From the human T2T-CHM13v2.0 reference genome, Homo sapiens: a stretch of 64,000 nt of DNA. Location of the stretch: the NCBI RefSeq assembly GCF_009914755.1, contig NC_060932.1, one strand, 5' to 3'. Shown here in pieces: positions 1 through 13,946 of this stretch. The position numbers and the translations under genes are program-made. The notes under the pieces are model-generated. The model saw only the letters and a list, made by a program, of their open reading frames with translations, was not told the DNA's origin and ran no database searches. The stretch's first letter is position 1, and every line of letters begins with the position of its first letter.

Positions 1-92
1 CTTTCCTTTGAATGACATGTCACAGCTCAAAAAGTTTCAGACTTTGGGGTATTTCAGATTTTGGAATTATAGATTAGGGATACTCAATCTAC
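1..92. mobile_element. Tigger4/MER46-type (TcMar-Tigger) DNA transposon end, truncated by window edge
   Basis: CATGTCACAGCTCAAAAAGTTTCAGACTTTGG...TTTCAGATTTTGG...GATTAGGGATACTCAATCTACA resembles the recalled MER46/Tigger4 terminus (...GATTAGGGATGCTCAACCTGTA). Confidence 0.7.
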
Positions 93-722
93 ACCAAGCT
101 AGCAGTTTGGTGTTTATAAACTTGCAGTTCTGCCTTCTAAGCTCACTGACTGGTGGCTTTTTGTTTCAGGAAAGCAGAAACTGACCAGAAAATCCCAATA
201 GCTCCTTGTTTCTGCAGCAGTTGCTTTACTAACGTATCGCTGTTTGGGGGAGGCCTGTGCACCCCAGAGCAGCACAGAGATTCTTTGTGTTCATGGATAA
301 AGAATACTCTCAGATTGCTTCCTCAACCAGTTTTTATGATTCAGTTGAAAGAAAGTTACTTTTACTTTCACACTGAATCCTCCTTTCTCGTCTATATCAG
401 GATACCAAGGATTCCTCAGGAGTGTTTGTCATCTCCTTTTGGGTTATTGAACGAGCACTGCAATGTGTTTGTGCAGCCTTTATCGTCAGGCTTTGCACGC
501 CACGCTAGTGTATAAGCACCACTCTTATGATGAACATTACCCATTTCCCTTAAATACTGATATAATCATATTAAGGAAGCAATTAATATTATCAATCTAC
601 ATGCCATGTCATAAATTCCCAATAAAGTTAAAAAAATAAAAATTTAATTGTGTGAATTACTTTTGAAACTCACCAGTGCCCAAACTATTAAATACGCTTT
701 CTAACACAAAAATCCTACTCTT

Positions 723-1025
723 GGCTGGGTGCAGTGGCTCACGCCTGAAATCTCAGCACTTTTTGAGGCAGAGGTGGGTGGATCGCCTCAGGTCAGGAGT
801 TCAAGACCAGCCTGGCCAACATGGTGAAACCCCAACTCTACTAAAAATACAAAATATTAGCTGGGCATGGCGATAGATGCCTGTAATCCCAGCTACTCAG
901 GAGGCTGAGGCAGGAGAGGGTTCACTTGAACCCAGGAGGTGGAGGTGGCAGTGAGCCAATATCGTGCCACTGCCTACCAGCCTGGGTGACAGAGCGAGGC
1001 TGTCTCAAAAAATAAAAATAAAATA
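723..1025 (+). mobile_element. Full-length Alu (AluSx/Sz-like)
   Basis: GGCTGGGTGCAGTGGCTCACGCCTG start, GGTCAGGAGTTCAAGACCAGCCTGGCCAACATGG, central A-rich linker, (AAAAAT)n tail. Confidence 0.97.
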
Positions 1026-1413
1026 ATCATCTTTTCTTTCCTTTTAAATAGACAGCATTTGCGAATGGGGCAATGTTAAATTAACAGTGCAGTTTGAATC
1101 TTACTTTCCTGAGCAAGTTATAGTAATTGAGGGCAGGTCTCTCAAAACTGAAGGAAATCCATGAGTAAGATCAGAGAACCAAAGCATTCTTGAATCCCAC
1201 CTCCAGTTGGAAACATCCGCATGTAAATGTAAATTAATTATGGTAGTAAGTATACTCCTCTAACAATGCCATTTAGAGTAATATGCTTGATATTTTTTTA
1301 CATATAGGAAATAAAGTACTTTATAAAAAAGAATATCATCATGTCCAGGCAGACATATAGACATTCTGATAATACAGAATTAATACCAAAAGTAAGTTTG
1401 GGAGTTAATCAAC

Positions 1414-1840
1414 TGATGTGGTTTGGATCCATTTCCCCACCCTAACTTCATGTTCAATTGTAACCTCTAATGTTGGAGATGGCAGAAGTATTGGCTCATG
1501 GGGGTGGATCCTTCATGAATGGTTTGGTGCCATGCCTTTGTTGCTATTCTCATAACAGACTTCCCAGGAGACCTTGTTGTTTAAAAGCCTGTAGCACCTC
1601 CCCGCCAACCCCCACTCGCTCTTTCTCTCTTCCTCCTACTGGAGGCATGTGAAGTGTTGATTCCTTGTTTACCTTCCGCCATGACTGAAAGTTACCTGAG
1701 GCCTCCGCAGAAGCCAGGCAGCTTCCAGCATGATGTTCTCTGTACAGCCTGCAAAACCTTGAGCAAATTAAACCCCTTTTGTTTATAAATTACCCAGCCT
1801 CAGGTATTTCTTTAAAGCAGTGTGAGAATGGACTAATATA
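1414..1840 (+). mobile_element. Solo MaLR LTR (MSTB-like)
   Basis: TGATGTGGTTTGGAT start; end AAATTAAACCCCTTTTGTTTATAAATTACCCAGCCTCAGGTATTTCTTTAAAGCAGTGTGAGAATGGACTAATATA; flanks TCAAC/TGAAC form a 5-bp TSD with 1 mismatch. Confidence 0.9.
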
Positions 1841-3574
1841 TGAACAATAGGAAATCAAGATATACAAGAGCAACAGAAGGAAAAATTTAAAAGGTACTAA
1901 AGAGCAACAGAAGGAAATATTTAAAATAATATGTGTAAACAGAATTTTCCCCAGGAAACCATGCAGTAATTCTAATATTCTCAACATCAACTAGAATTTG
2001 ATTATTTTTTTCTGATTGTAGGACATATCACTAAAATAGGAAAAATAGAGCTTGAGGATGAATCATAGAAAAACTGCAATGATTACATCAGGTCCAGCAT
2101 AAAGTCTCCAGAGGAATCAAGGTGATATGTAGCAGTGAATAGATGGAAGGAACACTACGAATTTTTATAGAAAAGTGTTATTCAAAGATAGTGTTTAGAG
2201 TTTATAAACTTCCATGAAGTATACAATAAAACAGAATCTAAATAAAGTCTGTGCTTATTGACTTCAATTAGAAATTAAGATATTGGAAGGGTATAAAATA
2301 AGCAATCATTTTCCTTGTAAGAATTCAGGGGTTCCTATCAGAAGGACCAAGGGTAACAAATATGATTTATTTATGAAAGACAGAATAAAAAAGATATTTT
2401 AAGCAACTAATCAATGTTAATTACAAGCAAACTTTAGACAACACTTTTATTTTCAAAAACATCATCTTATGCTGTTTAAGAGGAAAGACTGCTGGACCAA
2501 GGCAGCGTCTGTCATGGCCCACGTGGGGATGGGATATCTCCAGAATGTGTCCTGCCATCCAAGAGTCTGCTCACTCGTGTGGATGTGGATGCACTGGGGA
2601 CGGGTCCTCTTAGGCATTAAAACCAATCAGAAAGTTCCCCTTAATATTGTTAAGAAATATTTCTTCAATGTAATGTACCATAGGACAGAAAAGGCAGAGA
2701 GAGGACAAGTTAGGGAGTGGCACGCCGCAGCCATCCTGAATTAGTCAAGGCAGTTGGAGTCCATGACCAACATTAAATGAGACGGAGGGAACAGCAACCT
2801 CAGAAATGCCAGCACAAAAATCCAGGACTTGAGGGCAGTTTGACAAATTACAGATGTGATGATTCTAGGAAATGAGTGTTTGGATCTCAGATTTGAAGAA
2901 GCAGGCACCGGCCCAGATTGCCAGGACAATCACAGATGATCCAGAACACCAAGGTGAAGAAGAGATGAGGCGACCCACATTAGTTTAGAAGAGAGCCTGT
3001 TCCCATGGTCACTCTAGGAAGTATTTTCACAAAGGCCTAAATATAGAGAAACATGGAGTTCATTTCAAGACCCTCCTGAAAATTTAAACTAGCAGCATGT
3101 ATATAATATTACTTGTTGCTAGTTTTAATATTAATATGAAAATATTGCTACTAAGTTTTGAACAACTGCACAGTGCTACTACTATATCTACTATACGTTA
3201 ACTCAGGTTATTCTTATGGTGCCTCTAGAGAATTCTTCGGATCCTCATGTTATATTAGGCAGCACTCGGGCTCAGAGAACAAGAAGCAGAGTTGTGGTTA
3301 GGAACCAACAGCGTCTCAGGGCCCCATAGGAATGGTGGCACCATATTTCTGTGAAATTCCACTACGGGCTGCATTGTTCTCCACTTCTGCATAAACGTTC
3401 GCGTTCAATGATACCTCCAGGTACTATCACATAGAAAATATTTAAATAGGGGGGTTGTGAACTGACATAAGTCAGGATTCTTTACCACAGGGAGACAACC
3501 AGAACACTGGCTTGATTCCAATTTTAATTTTGTAGCAAAGTGCCACATACTACACTCAGTTATATTTTAGAAAA

Positions 3575-3780
3575 AGTTGTGAAAATACAAGGAATATTAT
3601 ATTAGAGCCAGACGATTTAAATTTTAATTCTCTTACTGATTTCTGATTCTGGAGCTTCCATAAATTATTTTACTGTTTTCTGCTTATCTTCATCTTTAAA
3701 AGGAGATCATAACACTTCCACAACGTTACTAAGATTAAAGGCACTGGTGTTTGTAAAATTATGAGCTAACAATTATTTGT
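3575..3780 (+). mobile_element. MIR SINE, degraded
   Basis: TTAGAGCCAGAC...TCTTCATCTTTAAAAGGAGATCATAACAC...AAGATTAAA resembles the MIR core. Confidence 0.55.
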
Positions 3781-4453
3781 CAATATCAATTTAGCGTATT
3801 CTTGTAAAACAGGTGACTGATTTCTATCTAGTAAAGTTCGGTGTGTTGCATGGTGAACTCCAGCCTGTATCCTACTGAAAACATTTTATTTAGATCAGTC
3901 CTTGGTAATAATGCTGCCAGACAATAGATTCACAGTGAGCTCCACATTGAGACGGATAATTAAACACAGTCCATTTCAACTTCCTGTTTTACCTTGTGGT
4001 TGTTATTTTACCAAAGACAGCTAAACCATGCTGAGAAGCAGAGCATCCTCTCTGAAGCAGGAGGCAAGGCAGTGCGAGAAACAATTAAGTCTAATTGACT
4101 CAGTAGGTGGACGAAACCAGAAAACTGGGACTAGTAAATGAGAGAGTGCCTTTGGTAGATGAGATGTCTGGTTTTGAGCTTGGGGATGATGAAGAGAGAG
4201 AGATGTCTCAGGGGGACATCTCAAAAGAACATTCTCCCTTAGGTCACAATTGTTAGGGACAGATGTGTGCCTAGACTCCTATAATAAGATCAGATTTAAG
4301 AATAAAACAATCATCCCAGTGTATACCTGAAACATAACACATTTTTTAAAAGCAGTACACAGAGCTGTTGTTCCTTATCAGCTAATCCTACATGTGCAGT
4401 AAGAATGTACATACCCTTTGATTGTTTTTAGAGAATTTGCTTTTAAAATACTG

Positions 4454-4534
4454 TATTAGCTTGGTACAGAAGTGATTGCAGTTTTGCCGTTAAAAACAAT
4501 GGTGAAACTGCAATTACTTCTGCACCAACCTAAT
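4454..4534. mobile_element. MADE1 (Hsmar1-derived MITE), ~80-bp palindrome
   Basis: TATTAGCTTGGTACAGAAGTGATTGCAGTTTTGCC...GGTGAAACTGCAATTACTTCTGCACCAACCTAAT; ~37-bp inverted arms matching the MADE1 consensus. Confidence 0.92.
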
Positions 4535-7224
4535 GCATGTGTGTTTCAAAATGTAATACATGCACATGTATCTACACAAAAAGAAGTCAAAGAGTAAACA
4601 TGACCAGGGAAGCATGTGGTGTTTCAGACTTCACATCTACAAATCTCAACTAACGGCAACTATGCACTTGACTTCTGACACACTGAAATAAATCCTCAAA
4701 TAAACTACCTATCCCACATCAAAGGGCTACTCCCTATAATACGGTTGTAGTAGGGATGTGTGACAAATACGTTTTACATAGGGTTAAGCTTTTGGTTTCA
4801 TGATGGCAAATTCTTAAATATATTCCCGTTCTAGATGGTGGTGGAGAGTTAAAATTCAGACACATAAACACACACAGGCATACTGGTGCAATATTTTAAA
4901 ATTAGGATCAGTATAAACATATAAAATACAGTTTATGTATAAATTAATATAAATATACATTACATATAAAACAAATATGTCATAAAATTTTCCATTCATT
5001 AAAATTACTTATGAAAATATTCAGATTTGCAATTATTAATGAATAATCTATATCAGACATCAGCAAACTGTGGCACATGGGCTGGTCATCTAATTTTGCA
5101 AATAAAAAGGTCAGAGCTATTTGATGATACCATATGTGGCCTATGATATCCCCATTGTTTTGATGATTTTTCCACAAAACTTGATTTTCTTCTCATTCCT
5201 TTCAATTTATTGATTCTAGAGCTCCGGTGGTAATTTGAAGTACCTGGACTTTTTCCAGGAATTGTAATGTATTTTCTGCATGAGATAATGCACAAAAAGC
5301 ACTTTGCACTGTAAGTGGCACGGTATAAGCATACAGCAAATCATAACTTTATAGATCAATACTTCCCGCTAGGAAGATCGACCTGGAAATTCCGTGAGAG
5401 GGAGGTCATGTGCAGGTCCTACTTCTACCACTATTGACCCTCTGACCTTCATGGGAGTGGTCTAGATCTGAGTCAAATACACCTGAGTAGCACTGTCCAA
5501 TCAGAAATACTTTCCATGGGACTATGCCCATTTTATAGTGTTCATCTTTAGGATTAAAAGCTCTCATAGTGGTTTGTTTAGGAGAACATAACATACACTT
5601 CATTAGGGCTGCTTAGAATAGCAGATGAGATGCAATGATCAAAAGTCAGATAGTATTTACTTTCAAGAACTGCTATACAATGTAGTTAGGACAAAAGAAT
5701 AAATGATTAACATTTACAATATATGGAAGCAACCTGCTTATCCTGTGGGTTTTAAATAGCCATAATGTTAAGAATGTTTAGAAAGAATTGATAGGTGGGT
5801 GTTTAACAGTATAGGTATGCAATGACCAGATTGATATATCTTAATCAACATTTCAGGAATTGACAGCTGTACATACAGAATCCTTACGAGAGGCCGTATC
5901 CTCATTTTAAAACTGCTTTTATTGTTTAAAATTTTAGAACTCCTCCTTGGGAATTAACTGAAGTCTTCGGTTTAAAATATTTTCCAGTGGTGGCAAACAT
6001 ATGCTAACTGGTCTGATTAATATTGTTATGTTAACGTCTCCCAGCCTCCTGTAGAAATTGACATTACTTCTGAATCCCTTCCATGTATAGGGGTTTTACC
6101 AAAATTTTCACAATATATTTATTTTTAAAAAATCAAGGGAAACTAACTCGAACTGGCTCAAAGGATAATTTTTTACAGAAGAGTTCATAATCCCTTTAAA
6201 ACTTTTATTACTACCAGCAACATTACCCCTGTGAAAGAGAAAACTCACCACAATGTATATTTAATGAAGCTCATTAATTTATTTTTTTCTTATTTCCCTA
6301 TGCAGAGTCCTAAACCCAATGCAGTTAGAGAAAAGGAACATTAACCAAGGGTTATAAATGTCAAGAACAAAACGGATATCATGTTTAGCTCAAAGGAACA
6401 CAGGAAGCATTAGCTGTACGCCTCCAGCACTTCTCAAGCTTCTCTGGCAAGCTGGCTTTAGCATTTTTATAAATAGTCTCCATTGCAACATTTCATCACT
6501 GAAAAATCCAGACACGAATGTATAAAACCAAAGGAAAGTGTAAATAAGAAATAAATCCTGCTAATTGCGGTTTGCTGATGCCAGAGCCCTTTTGGCAATG
6601 ACGACCCAGGGGATTCCTGGGCCTGGAAGCCTGCTAAGCAGCATCTTCCACTTCCAAACAGCAGCAGCAACTGCTCCCCAGGCTTGCTGCTTCGGGGCCT
6701 TGCTTTTTCTTTTTTCTTTTTTTTTTTCTCCAATAAGAAAATAAATACACCTTACTTTGGCCAAATGATTGTTAAATAAATTCTTGGCTTTTCAGCAAAC
6801 ATTCTTTTCTCTTCTCTTTCACAAACAATGGAAGCAACAAGCCATTCAATTCTGAGACCCTCATGGGGCACGTACTTCAGGATGTCTGTTGAATATGATA
6901 CACCCGCGTTTTGTATTTTAGCAACATTTACTACAGTCATAGACTTGTGCCATCATTGGCCAGACCTTCAGCATCTTTGACAACCTAGTGCGCCTATGAT
7001 AGGGGATTATGTGTAAAAATGCAAACAAACAAAACCTTTATTTATGACTGCCCTGAAGGTGTGCAGATTGGCATGCTTTCTGAGCCCAGGCTTTGTCTCT
7101 GTATACTGCGCTATATAATGGGGCTTTGGCTCTACTGCATAATCTAGAACTAATTAGGACATTAAGCAGGTGTGATTTAAAAATCAGTGGAACTCAAGGC
7201 AGTTCATTCTGATTGATCAGTCGA

Positions 7225-7276
7225 TCTGTCTGTCTGTCTGTCTGTCTACCTACCTACCTACCTATCATCTCTCTCT
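7225..7276. repeat. Compound tetranucleotide microsatellite (TCTG)n(TACC)n
   Basis: Seen directly. Confidence 0.9.
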
Positions 7277-7370
7277 GGCTCCTTTATATAGCCCTTTTAA
7301 CCTTTTATCTGAAGAAAAGAGAAACGAACCTGCCTTGATGTTTTGTGCCCAAGGTCCTATTGTAATTATT

Positions 7371-7715
7371 ATTATTTATATTTATTTTTTTCCATAAGTT
7401 ATTGGGGTACAGGTGGTATTTGGTTACATGAACAAGTTATTTAGTAGTGATTTGTGAGATCCTGGTGCACCCATCACCCGAGTGGTATACACTGCACCAT
7501 GTATGTTGTCTTTTATTTCTCACCCCCTTCCCACTCTTCTCTACCAAGTCCCCAAAATCCATTGTATCATTTTTATGCCTTTGTGTCCTCATAGCTTAGC
7601 TCCCCCGTCTCAGTGAGAACATACAATGTTTGGTTTTCCGTTCCTCAGTTACTCCACTTAAAACAATAATCTCCAATCTCATCCAGTTCACTGAAAACGC
7701 TGTTCATTCATTCCT
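7371..7715 (-). mobile_element. 5'-truncated L1 3' end (L1PB-like) with 13-bp TSD
   Basis: CCATAAGTTATTGGGGTACAGGTGGTATTTGGTTACATG... matches antisense L1PB 3'UTR; TATTGTAATTATT at 7358-7370 and 7716-7728. Confidence 0.9.
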
Positions 7716-8924
7716 TATTGTAATTATTTTTTAAAAGCATAAGTCTTTATAAGGCTCAAGCAATGACCTGTTTTTGTCACTATCTCTCAATCAAAGGTCA
7801 GTGTCTTACCTTAAATAGGGTAATTACCACCTGCAAATAGCTTTTCCTGCTTCTGAACCTCATTTTCCTTTCTGTGTCCCGCCGTCTTGTTAAGATACAC
7901 TCTCATCTTCTGGTGGTGTCTTTTCTTTCGAGTGCAGGTGTCACCTGCAATCCCACATAGTGGCTGTGCTTTGTGCCCAACCTAGCAAATACATCTCCGC
8001 AAGAAAGGAAAGAAGCCTGAAGGGCATTATGTGGTGAGGCACAATGGCTAAGCATGATGAGGGAATGCCCTCCTGCAGTGGATCAGCATCATGAAAACAA
8101 AAACTCTCCCACACAAAACACACGGGGTCACACTTGGTTTACAACCACGCATGAAACAAGAGATCCCTTTCTAGATCACTCTCTTCTCTATAGTCATTTA
8201 TCTTACCCCCATCCAAGAATGCTTACTGTCAGATTTATAAATAACTGACCGTCATCTTATCTGATGTTTAGCATGGAGGCAACATAATCTCAGACACCAG
8301 CCTTTTAGAAAGAGATCACATACAAGAGATAATTAAAAATCATAAGGCCAATAGGATAATAAAAGTTTCACTTTTGTGGGTCAATTAGATCTTATTTCAA
8401 ATCTAGTCTTTTGTCTATTGTTGTACTTTCTGATCCTGTACTTAATCAAATGTCCTCAATGTATTCAACTGTAAAATGGTATCGGTCATGAAGAAGTCAG
8501 GTGATGGAGTATATATGCACATTTCTGGGAACACTAGAAATGCTTACTATATGGTAACCATTCTTAATCACAGCAATTAATATGTGAGGAATAATGATCA
8601 TGCAGCTTCTCACCTAGGCCAGTAAAACATCATTCACGATGACGGTTCCATATTTTAGTTTACATATCGAGAGGGTCAGGAACATGGAGTGACTTATACC
8701 ACATACCCAGCTAGTAAATAAAAATCAAGACTTACAAAAAGCTCTTTGTAAAAAATATACAAATGACAATAAAATAAACTCTGACTTCATTTCTCCAGAG
8801 TTTCCACTCTTGCCTCTATTTATGCACCTTTCTCAGTCCAAAATTATAGCCCACTAAACACCAATTATTTCAAATTACAGTAGCACAAGCAGCTAGGCTA
8901 TGCCTTTTAAAAAGACATTACAGT

Positions 8925-9220
8925 AGGGAGGAGGAAGGGGAGAGAGGTTGCTCAATGGGTACAAAGTTACAGTTAGGAAGAAAGAGTTCTGCTGTTCTAT
9001 TGCACAGTAGAGTGACTCTGCTTAATAATGTATATCTCAAAATAGCTAGAAAAGAGGGTTTTCAATATCCTTACCAAAAGTAAAAGATAAACCTTTGAGA
9101 TGATGAATATGCTAGTTACCTTGATTTGATCATAACACAATGTATCTAAGCATTAAAACTACTGATTATACCCCATAAATATGTACAATTATTATGTAGG
9201 TCAATTAAAAAATAAAACTT
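8925..9220 (+). mobile_element. L1MA 3'UTR fragment
   Basis: AATGGGTACAAAGTTACAGTTAG...TCAAAATAGCTAGAAAAGAGG...TTGATTTGATCAT...CCCCATAAATATGTACAATTATTATG...AAAAATAAAA. Confidence 0.85.
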
Positions 9221-12200
9221 TATAAAAGACACCACAGTTTTATTTTCATTACATATAGAATTTGAACACTTTAGATTTAAAGAAATCTTATTTAAGGACC
9301 AGAATTGTAGATTTTGGTCTATCCATAGCAAAACCATAAATATGCTCTAAGACATTTTAGTTTTGTGCCACTGAGCTTAGAAACACCTACATTTCACATT
9401 CTTTGTAGGTACTGAAAATAAACTCTGCATGTACAGCTATTTTTTACTGTATATTTTTGTACAATATAGCTCTACTGTGACTCATACTTCTGCAGATGAG
9501 TATTTTATCTTTGTCGCTTTAATTTGAATCCAAAAAAATGAAAATACATGAATTTTGGCTATATTATTTTCTAGTTAGTAATAGTTTCCAAGATTCCTGA
9601 TTATATGTATTTTCACATGGTCCACCAATTTAAATTTAGAAAGCACAACTCAAGCTATTTTTTTCAATAAATGCTAAAAGCTTTATGATGTACATGTTTT
9701 TTGGAGGCAGAAAAGTGCCATATTTGGATTCTTATAAAACAATGTTTTTAAAGACACTCAAAAAAAAAAAAAGACGACTTCAGATTAGAAAGAATTGGGT
9801 CAAATGTGAGATCCAGATGGTCATGTCTGGAAATGGTAGCATTAACTCTATAAACACTGACCTCTTTCATAAACTTCAATAAATGATTGTAAAATCAATT
9901 CAGTCCACAGATATTCAATCACAGAGTTAACATGTCATATGTAATCAGCAAATTCATCTCTCCAACCCACCTGAAATTTTGTAGATAGTTGAAATACACT
10001 TAACATTAGGCATTAAATAAGAATTGTATTTCGTGAAACATATCATGATGTCCACTGTCAGAACAGGAAATCAAGATGGTGAATAATACACTCAAAACCA
10101 CACAAGGTAAAACTGTCCTCCAGCCAGAGTGCCCCAAGACCCGCAGCGCCACAGCCTCCTAATCACAGGCTGGGAGAGAGCTGTACAGTGGCTGTTCCAG
10201 CTGAAACTACATTCTGACTCCTCACTCTCAATTCAGTGCTTTGGCTTTGGTAATCTGCTGCCCTGGTCAGAACAATGTATCCAAGATTAAACCGGAAGTA
10301 TTGTCATTAAATAAAGAAAAACATTAAAATGTTTATGCAAATTACATGGCTTTCCCTGGTTCTAAGGAAAACCTAGCTGTGAGTTGTTCAAATGTGTGGG
10401 TTAGCAGTTTCTCATTGCAGTGCCTCTTTTCACTTGGCCTCCTGCTCCAGGGAGCTCTTGTCATGAACAGGCTGAAGCCAGCCCGAAGCCTGTACTCAGA
10501 AGGGTGTCAATTATTCATCCTCCAAACTTGAGTGGAAACTGCAAGCATATCCTCTTTCTAGTAGGTCATCCAGCTGGTGATGCCTCATTTGTAACTGTGG
10601 AGGCTTTGACACAAGGCATCAACCAGCCTAAGGAAAACATTCTTATATTGGTGATATCACTCCTCTAAAGCAAATACTTTATGTCGGCTTTTGTGACATA
10701 TTTCCACACACTGAATTTGACCGTGAATAAAAGTTGGCTCAATATAGAGTTAAAAGAGCTTAAAAGTTCCCACAGATTGGATGAGGTGCATGGCTACAAT
10801 TAATCAGTATGATTAGTGAAAATTATGGATAAAAAAAGTGTATTTGATAATTTGTAAACTGTAACATATTTTTGAGGGATTGTCATAGGATTTGGTTCTC
10901 TATGTCTTGACATTTATTAGAAGATAGCCAAGGGTACACAGAATAAGTCAGTTGCCTGATTCATATTTATGTACTCAAGTAAAAGTTTGTTCTTACAAAA
11001 TGAATATTTTATTTGACTTGTTTGAACATTGCGGCCTATTGTAATTGGAAAAGTCAAGCCCAAGTAAACAGGCTTTACCTTCCTCTAGTTCTATAACTAA
11101 AGATTTGGCTCCCAACTCAAATAGAAAAGCGTGTAGCATTCTGTCTAGGAAAATTCCCCCTGCAGGGTCATTTAATGAACTGTGCTACCTTGTAACACAA
11201 GCAATTACAAAGGGAAGAACAAACTCATATGGATTTTTTAAAATTTTGAACCCGTGATTAAAATAACACTTGCATTGAAATTTTAACTGCTGTTTTACAT
11301 AGACCAAATATCTTCACTGGATGAGAGGAGACAGACCCTTTAGTGTTTTAAGATTTAGTTTTTTCTACCTGACACAATTTGTTTCCTTTATAATTATTTC
11401 ACTTACTGTTAAATTTCTTTTTTCACCGATGGTTTTAAATATCCATTATGCCTCCATTAAAAGAAGGGCAAATATTTTTGAAAATTCAGAAGGACCTAGT
11501 GGAAGAGAATGTAGATAATGTATTGGAATGTTAATAAGAGATTTAAATGAAGTCATATCTGCAAAGATCTTAAACACAATTCTCTCTTCATATAACATGA
11601 AAAGAAGAATCTCAGCAAAGCATTGTGGGTTGGCAGGAAGACTAGAAGGATATGATTCCATTAAAACTAAATTTGCTGAGGTCTATTCCAGCCCTTGAGC
11701 GAATCTCATACTGACAGCATTGAAAGTTTATGTTTGTAAAGATGACTAAATTAGGCTCATAAGTGGTAAAAAAATGCAATACTAAAATGGAAGTCCTCAA
11801 GTTTTAACTGATATCAGAAATTCTGAAATCAGTTCTGGGCACTGAATTATTAGAAGTGGATATTTATATAACTATCAGGCAAGAAGGAATCTCTCTGGGT
11901 CATGAGTGCCTTCTTTCTTCTTTCAGGAGAATTTTTAAACCATGTGGAAAAGATAGCATGTTTCCATAGCTTTGCTGAATATGACTCCTAGCCTGATCTA
12001 TTCTGCTGCTCCTAGAAGATTGTACCAGCTCATGCCTGTTAGTCTAGAGCAGTCATGAGGAGGTGAACATTGGCAAAGGTGATTTTCATAATGGGGCACA
12101 TTGGGCAAGTTACTGGGGTGCAAAGCATTGGTGGAAGACTTTGCTCTTAGGCTGATGGTGTGGAGGTGGTCTCAGAGCTGGTATGGAAGAGGTACCTCAG

Positions 12201-12544
12201 TTCAGAATCTCTTAGGTACCAAAATGCCCCCACAGTGGGTTAGATCACCATTAGCTCATGCAGCCCTTTGCTAAGCTTTGGACCTCAAGACCAGCAGAGA
12301 CTTAGAAAGCTGATTACCCTAGACAGCACCAGAGAGCTTGGTTTCCTGAAATGCTGTGATTCACATCCATCTCCATAGTCCTGAGCCACTTGGAAGTCAT
12401 CTGACTTCAGGGGGCTCTGAGAACCTCAGCTCACACACAGACTCAGAGTCCCAGACTTTGCTTTTAGAGAAAAATACAAACTGACAAAATGAAGAAAGGA
12501 GAAAGGAAGGGAGGATCACCCTTTATAATAGAGCACATCTTACT

Positions 12545-12745
12545 CTCAGTGCATCATACAAATAATAGTACTTTTATTCTCCCGGGAACCTTATAAGATA
12601 TAAGTGTTGCCCAGACTCGTTAAATGGTGAAACTGTCACTTGGAAATGATTAAAGATGTTCTTCATGATCCTAAGACACAACGGGGCCTGGATTTTAACC
12701 CAAACAGTGACAGCACCAAAGACTGAACCCTCCTCAGTCATGCCC
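12545..12745 (-). mobile_element. MIR SINE, degraded
   Basis: AACCTTATAAGATA...AAATGGTGAAACTG...TAAAGATGTTCTTCATGATC...GGGCCTGGATTTTAACCC resembles antisense MIR. Confidence 0.5.
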
Positions 12746-13946
12746 CTGAATTAAAGTTTTCAACAATTATAGGAAAGACATCCTGCATGGTAGCCAGGTT
12801 AGTGCAGCTTACCCAGCAGTGGCTGGAGCTTCCTAAGAAATAGAATAGCCAACATTTGTACATAAATTATAAAAATACGAATAAAATGGCTACTGTGCAG
12901 ATGTGTAAGACCAAAAAAAATAAATATCCTGTTTGCTTCTAAAAATGGATTTTAACAGCCACTTATGAGCCCTGACAACCCACCTGCTCTACCATCTTGG
13001 CTCTTAAGCAAGAATCTTATTTCACCAATTCAATTCACTAACGGGTTAAAAAATATCCATTTAGGACTATTTTTTCTTTCTTCTTTCTTTGTTCTAGAAG
13101 TAAACACTCCTACAACCAGGTTTATTTTAAAAATGTGAATTTGGGTATAATATTTTACAGCAGTTGAGATTAAAATGGCAGGTGCAGAACATGCATCGGT
13201 CAAGTAAATGAATAAATAATCACTTCTAATGTGGCATCTCCAGCATTCATCATGTATCTTGCTGATTCTCTGTTGAACACCACAGATATCTCATTTTATT
13301 TTATTGGCAATGAGATGTAAATTGGTGGTTGGTAGTTTTCTGCTTTTAGACAAGATGCTTATATTTAGAGAGCATTTAAAATACAGCAGTGTGGCATTTG
13401 AGGCATCAACATTCGTAAGATGATGCTTGAATCTCTCTCTGATCTGAGCCTGAATCCAATCTAGAATACGTTCTTTTACAAAATTCTGTTCTATCTGGTT
13501 TTCTTCAACATGCAAGAACAATTTGTGAAAGTAGTCCATTATCTTTATTTTTTTTTCTTAACACATGTTTCTTTTGCCTCAAACTTCAAGCATGCATACA
13601 TAGATTTGTCAATTAATCCTAAAAGACTGAGGTCTACACAATTCAGACTATGAATGATACTTCCAAGAAAATAGTAATTATTTAAGTGAAATGCTAAGAA
13701 ATAAGATAAAAGTAGTTTAGCTAGTACTTCATTTAAAAGGCACTTTTTAAATCTTAATGTTTTTAAGGCAATATTGTTGGTATACTAACTGAAGACTGGA
13801 GAGACCCCGTGTGTGTGGCAATGTGGAAGGAAGCAGATAGAGCAGTCACCACTTCTAATTACTGGTAATTTCTAATATTAGATCTAATTACTGATAGCAG
13901 GGTGATACTCGGCCTCCGCTGGCTCAACTTTTAGAGGGAAACTATC

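Noticed and set aside
153-515. 120-aa ORF (also 23424, 45775, 49409, 49718)
   Set aside because: No recognisable domain or exon context, several with non-ATG starts; lengths expected by chance
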